Virus record (IMG/VR): IMGVR_UViG_3300028388_004772
Span: 1 to 64,000 of that record
DNA: 64,000 nucleotides
DNA from: a virus
Reading direction: 5' to 3' (one strand)
Every line of letters starts with the position of its first letter. The first letter of the stretch is position 1. Of this stretch, positions 8,517-18,247 are shown in pieces. The position numbers and the translations under genes are program-made. The notes below the pieces were generated by a model that worked only from the letters and a program-made list of their open reading frames with translations, did not search any database and was not told where the DNA came from.

Positions 8517-8882
8517 CTAATGGACAATATCTTTCTGAAACTCAATAAAGTTGGTTTCTGATGAGTCGCGGAGATATATTTCCGGTTCATCTTCTTCAGA
8601 CATTTCTTTAATTACATCATTGAAGTACTCTACAGCAACCGTGCTTGGTGTTGTCTGTGAAAGAATATGATATGCGTTGAGAATATGTAACGCACCAGGA
8701 TTGTTATTCATCAGCTGCCAAGGTTTGAAAGTATAGTACCTCATACTCTGATCGAGGTCATCCATAGAAACAATCTTTAAAGCTTTGGTGACAACCATCA
8801 TGTCGTTGTCTTCAGTATTATATTCTAAAACCTCACAAATGACTTCATCGCCGTTAATTAATTTAAATTGTTTTAGATCCAT
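8517..8882 (-). CDS. Conserved hypothetical T4-like phage protein
   Basis: KQFKLINGDEVICEV...FKPW; typical position between uvsW and gp55. Confidence 0.7.
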   Translation of the reverse strand: MDLKQFKLINGDEVICEVLEYNTEDNDMMVVTKALKIVSMDDLDQSMRYYTFKPWQLMNNNPGALHILNAYHILSQTTPSTVAVEYFNDVIKEMSEEDEPEIYLRDSSETNFIEFQKDIVH

Positions 8883-8883
8883 A

Positions 8884-10368
8884 TTATAGCTCCACTTTGT
8901 ATGTTTTATATATGAAGTTCTCAGCCTTGTACATTTTTAGTCGTTCGTAGGAATGCAATAAAGCAAAATTTTGTTGGGAGGATCCGTTTGATAAGTCATC
9001 CGTGATATCGTACAGTTGAGTGACTCGCCCGTCATCTGATTTACGAAGACCCCTTCCGATTGATTGTAAGACTCTGATTTGGGATTTGCTTGGACTTGCA
9101 AATATAATATTGTGAAGATTACGAATATTGATACCAGTACTAAATGTGCCCAGTGATGCAACGATAATTGCATCACTTTGTTTTTCAGTAATCTTACGAA
9201 TTGCTTCCCGGTCTGATGTTTCTGTTGCCCCAGATACAAAGAATACTTTTCGGTCTTCATGTGCTTTACTCTCAATTAAATCAAATAATATTTTACCATG
9301 TTTCTCAACGAATTGAAACAGTACGAGGGTATTCCCCTTTTGATCCAAGGCGAGGTTCCGGATAAAATTATTTCGCTTCTCGTGTCTTACGATATAGTCA
9401 ATTTCATCTTGGTATGACCGTTTTCCGAAATCTTCTTGATCTTTGTATTCGAGTACGAGTCTTCTGATTTCCAGCTTCGCCAATGTATCATTATCTTGGA
9501 GAGTTCTGGTGGTAGTGACTTTGTGTACTCTTCCGAAGAGTCCTTGCAATACGAGCTCATGAGTCTGTGTCCCATCTAACGTGCCAGTAGTACCAAATCG
9601 ATATCCTGCTTCTGTGCACTTATTCATGATTGATGTTAGTGACTTTGATTTGAATCCATGACATTCATCACCAATAACCATACCAAACTGTTCAAACCAT
9701 CCACTGCCTAATTTATATATACTTTGCCATGTAGAAATAATGATGGGACAATCTGTGTCCTTATCCTTACCTGAATAAATTTTATGGACGTTTTCTAAGG
9801 GATAACCATAGTCTTTAAAATCATTGGCCATTTGTTCTACTAGAGATGTCGTCGGTACAACTACTAATATTTTTTGATAATCTTCTGCTATCTGTGATAA
9901 AAAATAACGGGCAAGTACATAGATTATTAAAGACTTACCAGAGCCAGTTGGGGATACAAGGATCGCTCTTTTCTTCTCTAGTCCTCTACAGACTGCATCA
10001 AATTGATAGTCACGTATCTCATATGGAAGATTAATACTATGAACGAAATTTATTACCTCTTTTGGATCTACCTTAGCATTGTGAGTAGCATCGTCAGGGT
10101 ATCCATATTCAGTGCGTTCTGCCTCTATGGTATAGTCACGTTGTACAGCAAACTTCTCGAGATGGTCGATGAGTCCAGCGGGTAAGGTATAGTTTCTAAT
10201 ATTGAACAGACGGATTTTACCATCCCACACCTTATTGCGATACGCTGGCATGAACTTGTATCCGGGAACATAGAACGAAAAGAACTCATTGAGCTCTTGA
10301 GCTTGTCCGAAATCACATTCCACTCGGAGCTCGCTATGGCTCAGTTTCCTGACTCGAATTGTCTCCAC
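8884..10368 (-). CDS. uvsW: DNA helicase UvsW (SF2)
   Basis: WDGKIRL, RDYQ, SPTGSGKS, DECH, GTTGT, QSIGRGLR. Confidence 0.96.
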   Translation of the reverse strand: METIRVRKLSHSELRVECDFGQAQELNEFFSFYVPGYKFMPAYRNKVWDGKIRLFNIRNYTLPAGLIDHLEKFAVQRDYTIEAERTEYGYPDDATHNAKVDPKEVINFVHSINLPYEIRDYQFDAVCRGLEKKRAILVSPTGSGKSLIIYVLARYFLSQIAEDYQKILVVVPTTSLVEQMANDFKDYGYPLENVHKIYSGKDKDTDCPIIISTWQSIYKLGSGWFEQFGMVIGDECHGFKSKSLTSIMNKCTEAGYRFGTTGTLDGTQTHELVLQGLFGRVHKVTTTRTLQDNDTLAKLEIRRLVLEYKDQEDFGKRSYQDEIDYIVRHEKRNNFIRNLALDQKGNTLVLFQFVEKHGKILFDLIESKAHEDRKVFFVSGATETSDREAIRKITEKQSDAIIVASLGTFSTGINIRNLHNIIFASPSKSQIRVLQSIGRGLRKSDDGRVTQLYDITDDLSNGSSQQNFALLHSYERLKMYKAENFIYKTYKVEL

Positions 10369-10787
10369 TTAATAATGTTCCCTATCGTTTGATGGCGCCA
10401 TTTAATATTATCAACAATCTCAACTAGTGTATCTATGATTGTCTTCCAATACTGAATTAGCTCTTCAGATTTTTGAATTTCGGGATCAGAATTGTAGTAG
10501 TAATCCATTTCACCTTTCATTACCTTCAATCCATTGAATGGATCCGGATCCCAGCCTTTTTCTTCTAATTCATCCTGAGACATCTTTCCGTTATAGTATA
10601 GCCATTTTTCTTTTAACAAGGCCTTTTGCTTCGACTCACATCTTTTAAGTGTCATCTTAGCCTGGGCCAATAATTGAAGATATTTGGCATGGAGTTTGGG
10701 TGTTTCGGAAGATGCATTATCTAATCTCATATTATCGATAACAGAGTCTTTCGCCCACATATCGAGAATCGTTTCAAGTTCTTTCAT
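10341..10787 (-). CDS. uvsY: Recombination mediator UvsY
   Basis: W..DS.ID, PKLHAKYL, KWLYYNGK, I.WR...I.N.I.WR.F.SG; synteny. Confidence 0.88.
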   Translation of the reverse strand: MKELETILDMWAKDSVIDNMRLDNASSETPKLHAKYLQLLAQAKMTLKRCESKQKALLKEKWLYYNGKMSQDELEEKGWDPDPFNGLKVMKGEMDYYYNSDPEIQKSEELIQYWKTIIDTLVEIVDNIKWRHQTIGNIIKWRQFESGN

Positions 10788-10800
10788 AATAATCCTATAA

Positions 10801-11349
10801 TCAAGTTGTTATACTAAATGAATTAGTAATTTCTCCTGTACTACTTATACTCTTCAATTCGAAGTAAGAAAACCGGAACGATGCATTGAAAGTAATGAAC
10901 GTATCACCAGTGGAGGTAGATTCAAATTGAATGTCACCAAGTGAAGTGGGTACACAATCTTTGTATTGAACCTGCTTTGTTGTGTTGTTATGGCTCGACA
11001 AAATGTGCAATGTAATGTCTGCATAACTTGGAACAACTGTTGCTGTTCTATCGAGTGGATTCTTTACAGGTGTATCAAGTAACCTGCGAATCCAATTGTA
11101 CATTTCTTCATAACCCTGCATATCCTCATCGAGAATAACATTTGCTGAGAGTTCATTGAAAACTAACTTGTCACCTGGAAATGGTACCCCACCTATCTTT
11201 TGATAGGGCATTTCGACTGCACTGAACAACATACCAGGATGGGTGACGTTCTGACAGAAGAACTCCAGATTTGGATAGTTAGCACGATCCAGCACCAGCT
11301 TAAAACTGGTGGGCTGAAGATAATTGATGTTTGTAGTTAATGTTGCCAT
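10801..11349 (-). CDS. gp3: Tail tube terminator / tail completion protein
   Basis: NYLQPTSFKL....PNLEFFCQ.V.HPG, PGDK, LDEDM..Y.E...W, F.YF; downstream of gp23. Confidence 0.85.
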   Translation of the reverse strand: MATLTTNINYLQPTSFKLVLDRANYPNLEFFCQNVTHPGMLFSAVEMPYQKIGGVPFPGDKLVFNELSANVILDEDMQGYEEMYNWIRRLLDTPVKNPLDRTATVVPSYADITLHILSSHNNTTKQVQYKDCVPTSLGDIQFESTSTGDTFITFNASFRFSYFELKSISSTGEITNSFSITT

Positions 11350-11354
11350 GAGTT

Positions 11355-11362
11355 TATTTATA
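11355..11362 (-). promoter_or_regulatory. T4-type late promoter TATAAATA
   Basis: Exact TATAAATA just upstream of gp3. Confidence 0.75.
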
Positions 11363-11365
11363 CCT

Positions 11366-11392
11366 AAAAAAAAGGGCTTCCGAAGAAGCCCT
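11366..11392 (-). terminator. Intrinsic terminator after gp23
   Basis: AGGGCTTC-TTCG-GAAGCCCT (cUUCGg tetraloop) ending in a T8 tract. Confidence 0.92.
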
Positions 11393-11431
11393 AATATTCA
11401 AAGGAGAAACATTATTATTATTAAGCAAGAA

Positions 11432-12793
11432 TCAAGCGAGAATATTGTCTACGCGGAAGATTCTGTAGTACTGGTTAGTCTTAACCGTTGCAAGACCGTC
11501 AGCAGGAGTCGCACCAACGAATGGGTTTGAAGCCATACCGTAACGAGTCTTGAAGCCGATCTTAGGCTGGAATGTATCTTCTCCAACCGCACGAACCATT
11601 GTTAATGGAACGTATGGGCAATAGAAGAGACCAGCGTCATATGGGTTAGTACCCTTATAACCAACTGTGACATAGTCAGTAGCCGCATATGGATCGATGT
11701 ATACACGAGTACGTCCGTTCAATACACCAGCGAATGTGTTACCAGTGTCATCAACATTCAAGTTAGTTGACATAGCTGGTGAGTAATCAAGCATACCAGA
11801 AGCAGCAAGTGCAGAAGCGATGTCAGAAGAACAAACAATGAAGTTGCCCTTTCCACGTCTTGTTTCTTTTGCAATTACGTTTGCTTCACGCTCGATCTGT
11901 ACGATCAAGCCCTTGAACTTCTCAACTGACCAACGACCGTCAGCATCTGTTGACAAGTCAAAGATACCGTTAGTAGCTGTGTTAGCCTGGAGAGCACCAG
12001 TCTTAGCTTGTGAGTTAATAGTACGGATAACTTCACGGTTGATTTCAGCCAAGATTTCTGTAGACAGAATATTAGCAAGTTCTGTCTCAGCGTCCAATCC
12101 GTGGATTGCTTTCAAATCTTGAGCGAGTTCAAGTGAGTACTCAGCTTTCAATGCACGAGACTTAGCTGTAACAGTAGCCTTCTCGATTGTGAAGCCCATT
12201 TCGTTGAATGAAGAATTATCAGGAGCTGTAGTAGATCCCAAACCTTCTGCAGACGATGTAGGCATACCACCACCAAAGTTAGCCGCGTCACGGTTATCAT
12301 TGATAGTTGAGTCTGATGGTGAATCATCAGCAATGCCAAGAAGGCCAGATGGTGATGAATCATGGTTACCTGTTGAGTCACCAGAGAAGTTAGTATTTGC
12401 TTCGTTGAACAATGCTTCGTCACCGTTAGCAACATAACCTGGAGTACCAGCTGTTCCAATAGTTGACTTGTAGCGTGACTTCATAGCGAAGATCAAGCCA
12501 GTAGGGCCAGTCATTGGCTGAACACCACATACGTCATATGCCATCAAGTTAGGCATTGCACGACGAACAAGTGCAATCAGAACTGGGTTCCAGTTTGCAG
12601 CTGAAGTAGTGTTGTTAGCTGGAGCAGCTTCATTCAGAGCTTGCCCTTGAGCAGCTTCTTCAGCAAAAGCACGTTCTTGGTTTTCGAGAATCGCAGCTGT
12701 AACAGCACGGCGATGGCTATCTTTGATCTCACCAGCAGCTTCGTTATCAAGCACTGGAGACCATTTTTCGATCAAACGATCATATGATTCCAT
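11432..12793 (-). CDS. gp23: Major capsid protein
   Basis: KWSPVLD, LVRRAMPNLMAYDVCGVQPMTGPTGLIFAMKSRY, KSRALKAEYSLELAQDLKAIHGLDAE, FQPKIGFKTRYG. Confidence 0.99.
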   Translation of the reverse strand: MESYDRLIEKWSPVLDNEAAGEIKDSHRRAVTAAILENQERAFAEEAAQGQALNEAAPANNTTSAANWNPVLIALVRRAMPNLMAYDVCGVQPMTGPTGLIFAMKSRYKSTIGTAGTPGYVANGDEALFNEANTNFSGDSTGNHDSSPSGLLGIADDSPSDSTINDNRDAANFGGGMPTSSAEGLGSTTAPDNSSFNEMGFTIEKATVTAKSRALKAEYSLELAQDLKAIHGLDAETELANILSTEILAEINREVIRTINSQAKTGALQANTATNGIFDLSTDADGRWSVEKFKGLIVQIEREANVIAKETRRGKGNFIVCSSDIASALAASGMLDYSPAMSTNLNVDDTGNTFAGVLNGRTRVYIDPYAATDYVTVGYKGTNPYDAGLFYCPYVPLTMVRAVGEDTFQPKIGFKTRYGMASNPFVGATPADGLATVKTNQYYRIFRVDNILA

Positions 12794-12811
12794 TTTGGAA
12801 CTCCTTATTTC

Positions 12812-13876
12812 TTATTTTGAGGTCTTTGTAAGAGCTGTTAAGTAAGCATCCATTGAGCTTGAAGTAGAAACAACTGATTGTCCCTGTTCTTCAGTAGCTA
12901 CAAACTCAGCTTCTTTTGACTCGGTTACTTCTTTATTAAAGTATGAATTCTTGACAGTTTCTACTTTCATAGCGAAAGTTTCTTCGTCTTCAAAATCAAC
13001 ATCTTCAACAAGAGATTTTAGCTTCTCTACCTGAGTAGCTGCAAGACCACGAGCTGATTCACGAATGATGAAATCACGCTTGTAAACTTCCAATTCTTCA
13101 GATAGTTCGATGGCTTTTGCAGTAGTTGCATTCAGAGACTCTTCGAGTTCTTCAACAGTATCTGCTAGGTCATCAACGAGGTCGACTTTAGAATCAGGAA
13201 CATCGATGTAAGACTCTTCAAACAGACCCTTGAGGCTTGTCATGAAGTTCTCAGCAATTTCAGCTCTGAGACCAGATTGGATAGCGACTTTATTGTCTTC
13301 CATCCACTGTTCAACAACGTAGTTGAGGTATGAATCGACTTTTTCTACGAGGTCAGCTTTAGTAGATTCGATCTCTTCAGAGAGTTCTTCTTCGTACTTA
13401 GCTTCCAAACGGTCAATTTCTTCTGACAGCTTAGACTTAATAGCTGCTTCAAAGATTGTTTCCGCCTTTGACTTAAACTCTTCAGACAATGTAGCTTCAT
13501 CAGAGATGAGAGCATTCAAGTCTTGAGAAAAGTCTGCCTGATAGTCAAATTCAGGAGATTCTGCAACATATCCTTCCTCAGACTCTAAATCTTCTGCCAT
13601 GAGCTTAGAGAGAACACCTGAAAGCTGTTCTTTCTTCATGCCATTCAATTTAGTGTAAGCTGCATTAATCATACCAGCTTTAGTCTTAGGCATTGGATCT
13701 TGCTTAGTGTTGTCACCTTTACGCTTCTTAGCGGTTCCAGTTGCTTCACCAGCTTTGTCAACAGATGCTACTGATTGAGCTTCAGCATTCTTAGGATCAT
13801 GAGCTTCTTCCACGACTTCGTTCTCAACGTCATCATGGAGTTCTAGATCTTGATCTTCTGTATATTGATCAGTCAT
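12812..13876 (-). CDS. gp22: Prohead core scaffold protein
   Basis: LSEEFKSKAETIFEAA, VDSYLNYVVEQWMEDN; acidic coiled coil; synteny. Confidence 0.93.
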   Translation of the reverse strand: MTDQYTEDQDLELHDDVENEVVEEAHDPKNAEAQSVASVDKAGEATGTAKKRKGDNTKQDPMPKTKAGMINAAYTKLNGMKKEQLSGVLSKLMAEDLESEEGYVAESPEFDYQADFSQDLNALISDEATLSEEFKSKAETIFEAAIKSKLSEEIDRLEAKYEEELSEEIESTKADLVEKVDSYLNYVVEQWMEDNKVAIQSGLRAEIAENFMTSLKGLFEESYIDVPDSKVDLVDDLADTVEELEESLNATTAKAIELSEELEVYKRDFIIRESARGLAATQVEKLKSLVEDVDFEDEETFAMKVETVKNSYFNKEVTESKEAEFVATEEQGQSVVSTSSSMDAYLTALTKTSK

Positions 13877-13888
13877 TATTGACTCCTA

Positions 13889-14545
13889 TTATTTTGATTT
13901 GAGTAACGAGAGGAAATTCTTAAACTCACGAACTTGAGTCTCATAGAGATCTTTTCGCGGAGCTTTTTTAATTTCAGTCTCCATTCTTTCAATTGTTTGA
14001 GCTTCAATGATACCGTTATTCCATACCCATTCAACACCTTCCATAATTCCATTAACGAAAGCATTAGGTGCTGATGGATCCTGAACGATATCTACGGCGT
14101 TAAGCATAAAATCAGGTCCTACGACCATGCCACTACCGCCACGCTGCAAACTTCCCATACCACGAGTTGAAACGCCAACCCTGACCCCACCATCGAGTAA
14201 ACCCTTTACGATTTGCCCCATAGGAGTTTCAAGTATTGTCGCTTTTCCTACAACATCGTTTCCCTTAAACTGAAGAGACTCGATCTTGTGAGAAACTTTA
14301 TCTAGGTTAACAGTTGGTCCATCTGGATGGTTTAACTCACCAACTGCTCTACCCTTTGAAACTTGTTCGTCGACATATTTACCGACTGCCTTTTCCATAA
14401 CAGGCATAGGATATACACGACCATTTCTGTTCTTTTGCTCTGCCTGAGCAAACACTCCTTCAATCGAATATTTCTTACCACCACCTTCTTTGGCTTCAGT
14501 AAGAACTTCGAGATGTTGATCTGTATATTCCGCAATAAGTTTCAT
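13889..14545 (-). CDS. gp21: Prohead protease
   Basis: IEGVFAQAE.KNRNGRVYP, GELNHP, GVSTRGMGS, DIVQDPSAPNAFV. Confidence 0.97.
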   Translation of the reverse strand: MKLIAEYTDQHLEVLTEAKEGGGKKYSIEGVFAQAEQKNRNGRVYPMPVMEKAVGKYVDEQVSKGRAVGELNHPDGPTVNLDKVSHKIESLQFKGNDVVGKATILETPMGQIVKGLLDGGVRVGVSTRGMGSLQRGGSGMVVGPDFMLNAVDIVQDPSAPNAFVNGIMEGVEWVWNNGIIEAQTIERMETEIKKAPRKDLYETQVREFKNFLSLLKSK

Positions 14546-14751
14546 TTCATTTGTCCGTATTGTTTCACAAATTGTGTAGCAGCTTTCTCTGCTTCTTTTT
14601 GTGATTTGTAAGCATCAAGTCTGTCACCATCAACATACGCAACAAACTTGCCTTTGTCCTTGTGAATCATTACTGAAACACGATCCACCTTGAAGTCTCT
14701 TACGTGTTCTCCAGGTGGCATTTTTTTTCTAAGTTCTGTGAAGTATTTCAT
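14542..14751 (-). CDS. Small hypothetical protein at the prohead-core (gp68) position
   Basis: 69-aa ORF coupled to gp21 and preceded by a late promoter. Confidence 0.6.
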   Translation of the reverse strand: MKYFTELRKKMPPGEHVRDFKVDRVSVMIHKDKGKFVAYVDGDRLDAYKSQKEAEKAATQFVKQYGQMK

Positions 14752-14772
14752 ATTAACTTTTCTTTACGTAAT

Positions 14773-14780
14773 TATTTATA
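14773..14780 (-). promoter_or_regulatory. T4-type late promoter TATAAATA
   Basis: Exact motif, intergenic, upstream of the head genes. Confidence 0.75.
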
Positions 14781-14792
14781 TGTTTTAAGTTT

Positions 14793-16263
14793 TCAACCTG
14801 CTATAAAAACTTCTGCAGTTTCGCCGGTCTGCAGAGAACCAACGATTATACTTTCACCCGAAATTGCCACTTTTGTAAAATAGCCGCTCTGTACAGGATT
14901 TGTTGCCTGAAGCTTCTTCTGTTGTGTCCAAGTTGAACCTGATCGAGTAAAAATATACGCTGCACCGGCGTCATCCACTGCTCCAGCTGGTGTTGTTAAC
15001 GCACCGACTACTACTACATCACCTTCTATTGCAGTGTTATATCCAAATCCATCCCCTGCTTGTATATCTGACGCCTGAATCTTCGCTTGTTGTGTCCAAG
15101 TTGAACCTGATCTTGTAAAAATATATACAATAGTATCACCATCTATTGCTACAGATCGAGATAATTCGCCTAAGCGATCCGATGACTCTTTGTCCGATGC
15201 CTGAATCTTTGCTTGTTGTGTCCAAGTAGAACCCGATCCGGTAAAAACGTATAGAGAGCCAGCATTAGAAGCACCAGTATCTTCATTTGGCGCGCTTACG
15301 ACAATGGTGTCCCCGTCTATTGCGACAGACTTTCCAAATTGATCACCTGCTTGTATATCTGACGCCTGAATCTTCGCTTGTTGTGTCCAAGTTGAACCTG
15401 ATCTTGTAAAAATATATGCAGCACCGGCACTTGATCCGCCAGTGTCTTCACCAGAAGCTCCTACAATAACGGTGTCGCCATCTATTGCAGCTGAAGTACC
15501 GAATTGATCACTTGCTTCTTTATCTGACGCCTGAATCTTCGCTTGTTGTGTCCAAGTTGAACCTGATCTTGTAAAAATATATACAGCACCAGCACTTGAC
15601 ATAAGCTCCCACGACAGCTGTGTCACCTTCTATTGCAACTGAAGTACCGAATTGATCACCATTCGTCCAATCCTCTGAAATAAGTGTTGCTTGCCGAGAA
15701 GTTAAAGACCAATCAGGGGCAAATGATAACTCAAATGTCTGAGCAGCTGAAACTGCAGTATTAATACCATCGGTTGTTCTAAATGTAATTGTGCCCGATT
15801 CAGTCGTTGCTGAATCTTCGCTGAACGGTGTAATCGTAAATACATTATCATCTTGACTAATAGTCGCGAGTCCATTAAAATTACTGTCGGCTGTTGCACT
15901 GAACGTAATTACCGTATCATCTGAATCTGTTGCTGTAATTGTAATTGTTGTCGGTGTTCCATCTGTGGCAAGTACAAAAGGCGTTGTTCCACCATCACTG
16001 TCCTGTACAGAAGATATCGCTGGCGACCTGTTAATCATTGCAACATAATACCAGCCAGATCCCTGCCAAAGGTATAGTCTATCATTTGAATTGACAAACG
16101 CTTTATCACCTGCTGTGTTTCCAGCATACGGCAGAAGACCTATCGAGTCATATATCCCAGTACGAGCTCCAATATCGCCGCCAACAACACCATCATCCGT
16201 TAGATCTCCGGATGCATTGATGTCTCGGGCTAGTTTACTGAAAAGTAGATTAGGTGTCGCCAT
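14793..16263 (-). pseudogene. FG-GAP beta-propeller adhesin paralogue split by a frameshift near 15600 (real or assembly error)
   Basis: ORF 15520-16263 carries the shared N-terminal module and first blade; ORF 14793-15626 continues the FG.SVAIDGDT...GAAYIFTRSGSTWTQQAK blades in another frame. Confidence 0.75.
15055..15585. repeat. Three near-identical ~60-70 bp direct repeats (FG-GAP blade coding unit)
   Basis: tatctgacgcctgaatcttcgcttgttgtgtccaagttgaacctgatcttgtaaaaatatat occurs near 15065, 15356 and 15521. Confidence 0.85.
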
Positions 16264-16277
16264 GATAATACTCTAAC

Positions 16278-17984
16278 TTATGCCGTAAAAATATATGCTG
16301 CCCCCACGTTACTGGATTCTCCGGATGCACCAACAATAATAGTTTCTTCATCTATTCTTATTGTTTCACCAAAACGATCGCTCGCTTCGGCATCTGACGC
16401 AGTAAGTTTTGCTTGTTGAGTCCAAGTTGATCCAGAACCTGTAAAGACATATGCTGCGCCGGCTCCAGATAAACCGGATGGGTCAGCATTGCGCGCGGTG
16501 ACAACAATTACACCATCTCCAATGTCTATGGATTCACCAAAATTATCATCTGCAGCTGCATCATTTGCCTGAATCTTTGCTTGTTGTGTCCAAGTCGAAC
16601 CTGATCGAGTAAAAATATACGCTGCACCAGCATCTGTTGCGGTAGTGCTTTCTTCAATTGCTCCAATTACAACAGTATCACCCGATATTCCTAGTCCCCC
16701 AAAACCAAAATTATCATCTGCTTCGGCATCTGACGCAGTAAGTTTTGCTTGTTGAGTCCAAGTTGAACCCGATCTGGTAAAAATATATGCTGCGCCGGCA
16801 TTAGATAAACCGGATGGGTCGTGCAAATATGCTCCAACGCCAATTGTGTCACCTGATATTCCGATTGCGCTACCAAAGCGATCACCGCTTCCTATATCTG
16901 AACTTCTCAGTTTTGCCTGTTGAGTCCATGTAGAACCTCCGTCTGAAGTGACAAAGACATATACAGCTCCGAGCTCATTGTCTTGTCTCCAAGCACTAAC
17001 AACGACAGTGTCTCCTTCTATCGCGACGCCATATCCAAAAAACCCACTTACTGCTGGATCAGACGCACCAAGTTTTGCCTGCTCAGTCCAAGTTGAACCC
17101 GATCTGGTAAAAATATATGCTGCGCCGGAATTAATTACATTGGATGTATGGTGATCGCGTGATCCGACAACAACTGTATCACCTTCTATTGCAACACTAT
17201 AACCGAACATATCTTGAGACACACCATCAGATGGTGTAAGTTTTGCCTGCTGAGTCCAAGTTGAACCCGATCTAGTAAAAATATATGCTGCGCCGACATT
17301 AGTTACACCGGATGGGTCGTGCTGCCAGGCACCAACAATTGCAGTGTCTCCATCTATTGCAACACTACGTCCAAAAAAGTCGGTTTCAGCTCCATCATCA
17401 GCTTGGATCTTTGCTTGTTGTGAAACAGCGGTCCAATTCGGCGCAAATGACAACGTAAACGTATTGATATCGGTTGAAATATTAATACCATCAGTAGCAG
17501 TAAAGGTTACGGTACCTGATGTAGTAGTTGCTGAATCTTCGCTCAACGGTGTAACCGTAAATACCGATGCATCTTGACTAATCGTTGCGAGTCCATTAAA
17601 GTCGCTGTCGGCTGTTGCACTAAATGTAATAGGATCACCGTCAGAATCAGTTGCGGTTATGGTAATTGTAGTAACATTTCCTTCACTCGATAATTCAAAT
17701 GGTGTTGTTCCACCGTCACTATCTTGAACCGATAAAATTGATGGAGCTTGGTTTATCAATGCAATATTATACCAACCAGATCCTTGCCAGAGGTATAGTC
17801 TATTGTTAGAGTTAACAAAAGCCTCGTCTCCAATTTGATTTCCTTGATACGGTAAAAGCCCTATTGAGTCATATACTGTAACACTACCACCTAACTCACC
17901 GCCGACAACTCCATCGGCTGTTAGGTTGCCATTGGCATCAATATCCGTGGCTAATTTACTGAGAAACAGGGCTTTACTTGGCAT
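16278..17984 (-). CDS. Virion adhesin-like protein: shared N-terminal module plus ~7-bladed FG-GAP propeller
   Basis: Repeats of FG.SVAI.GDT.VVGA...GAAYIFTRSGSTWTQQAKL. Confidence 0.85.
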   Translation of the reverse strand: MPSKALFLSKLATDIDANGNLTADGVVGGELGGSVTVYDSIGLLPYQGNQIGDEAFVNSNNRLYLWQGSGWYNIALINQAPSILSVQDSDGGTTPFELSSEGNVTTITITATDSDGDPITFSATADSDFNGLATISQDASVFTVTPLSEDSATTTSGTVTFTATDGINISTDINTFTLSFAPNWTAVSQQAKIQADDGAETDFFGRSVAIDGDTAIVGAWQHDPSGVTNVGAAYIFTRSGSTWTQQAKLTPSDGVSQDMFGYSVAIEGDTVVVGSRDHHTSNVINSGAAYIFTRSGSTWTEQAKLGASDPAVSGFFGYGVAIEGDTVVVSAWRQDNELGAVYVFVTSDGGSTWTQQAKLRSSDIGSGDRFGSAIGISGDTIGVGAYLHDPSGLSNAGAAYIFTRSGSTWTQQAKLTASDAEADDNFGFGGLGISGDTVVIGAIEESTTATDAGAAYIFTRSGSTWTQQAKIQANDAAADDNFGESIDIGDGVIVVTARNADPSGLSGAGAAYVFTGSGSTWTQQAKLTASDAEASDRFGETIRIDEETIIVGASGESSNVGAAYIFTA

Positions 17985-17989
17985 CGAGA

Positions 17990-18247
17990 TTACTCTTCGT
18001 CTAATTCGTCGTCATCTGACCAATCAATTTCTTCATCATCCAATTCCAAATCTTCTTCGTCAAATTCTAAATCATCTTCTTCTTCTGGCTCTTCACCATT
18101 ATAGATCTGACCAGCAACAGCAATCTTCTCTTGCTCTAATGCATCTTGCATCTTTTGTCCAACCATGTCATTAAAGATCTCTGTTGCGGCTGTATAGTTC
18201 TGATCGAAAATAGATTGTACCAAATCTTCTGTGTTATGTTCACTCAT
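17990..18247 (-). CDS. Acidic prohead core protein (gp67-like)
   Basis: 85 aa with a very acidic tail, directly after the portal gene; start MSEHNTED. Confidence 0.7.
   Translation of the reverse strand: MSEHNTEDLVQSIFDQNYTAATEIFNDMVGQKMQDALEQEKIAVAGQIYNGEEPEEEDDLEFDEEDLELDDEEIDWSDDDELDEE

Noticed and set aside
14920-17300. Regularly spaced direct repeats resembling a CRISPR array
   Set aside because: The repeats are in-frame coding units of FG-GAP blades, about 60-70 bp with degenerate copies; no cas genes are present.
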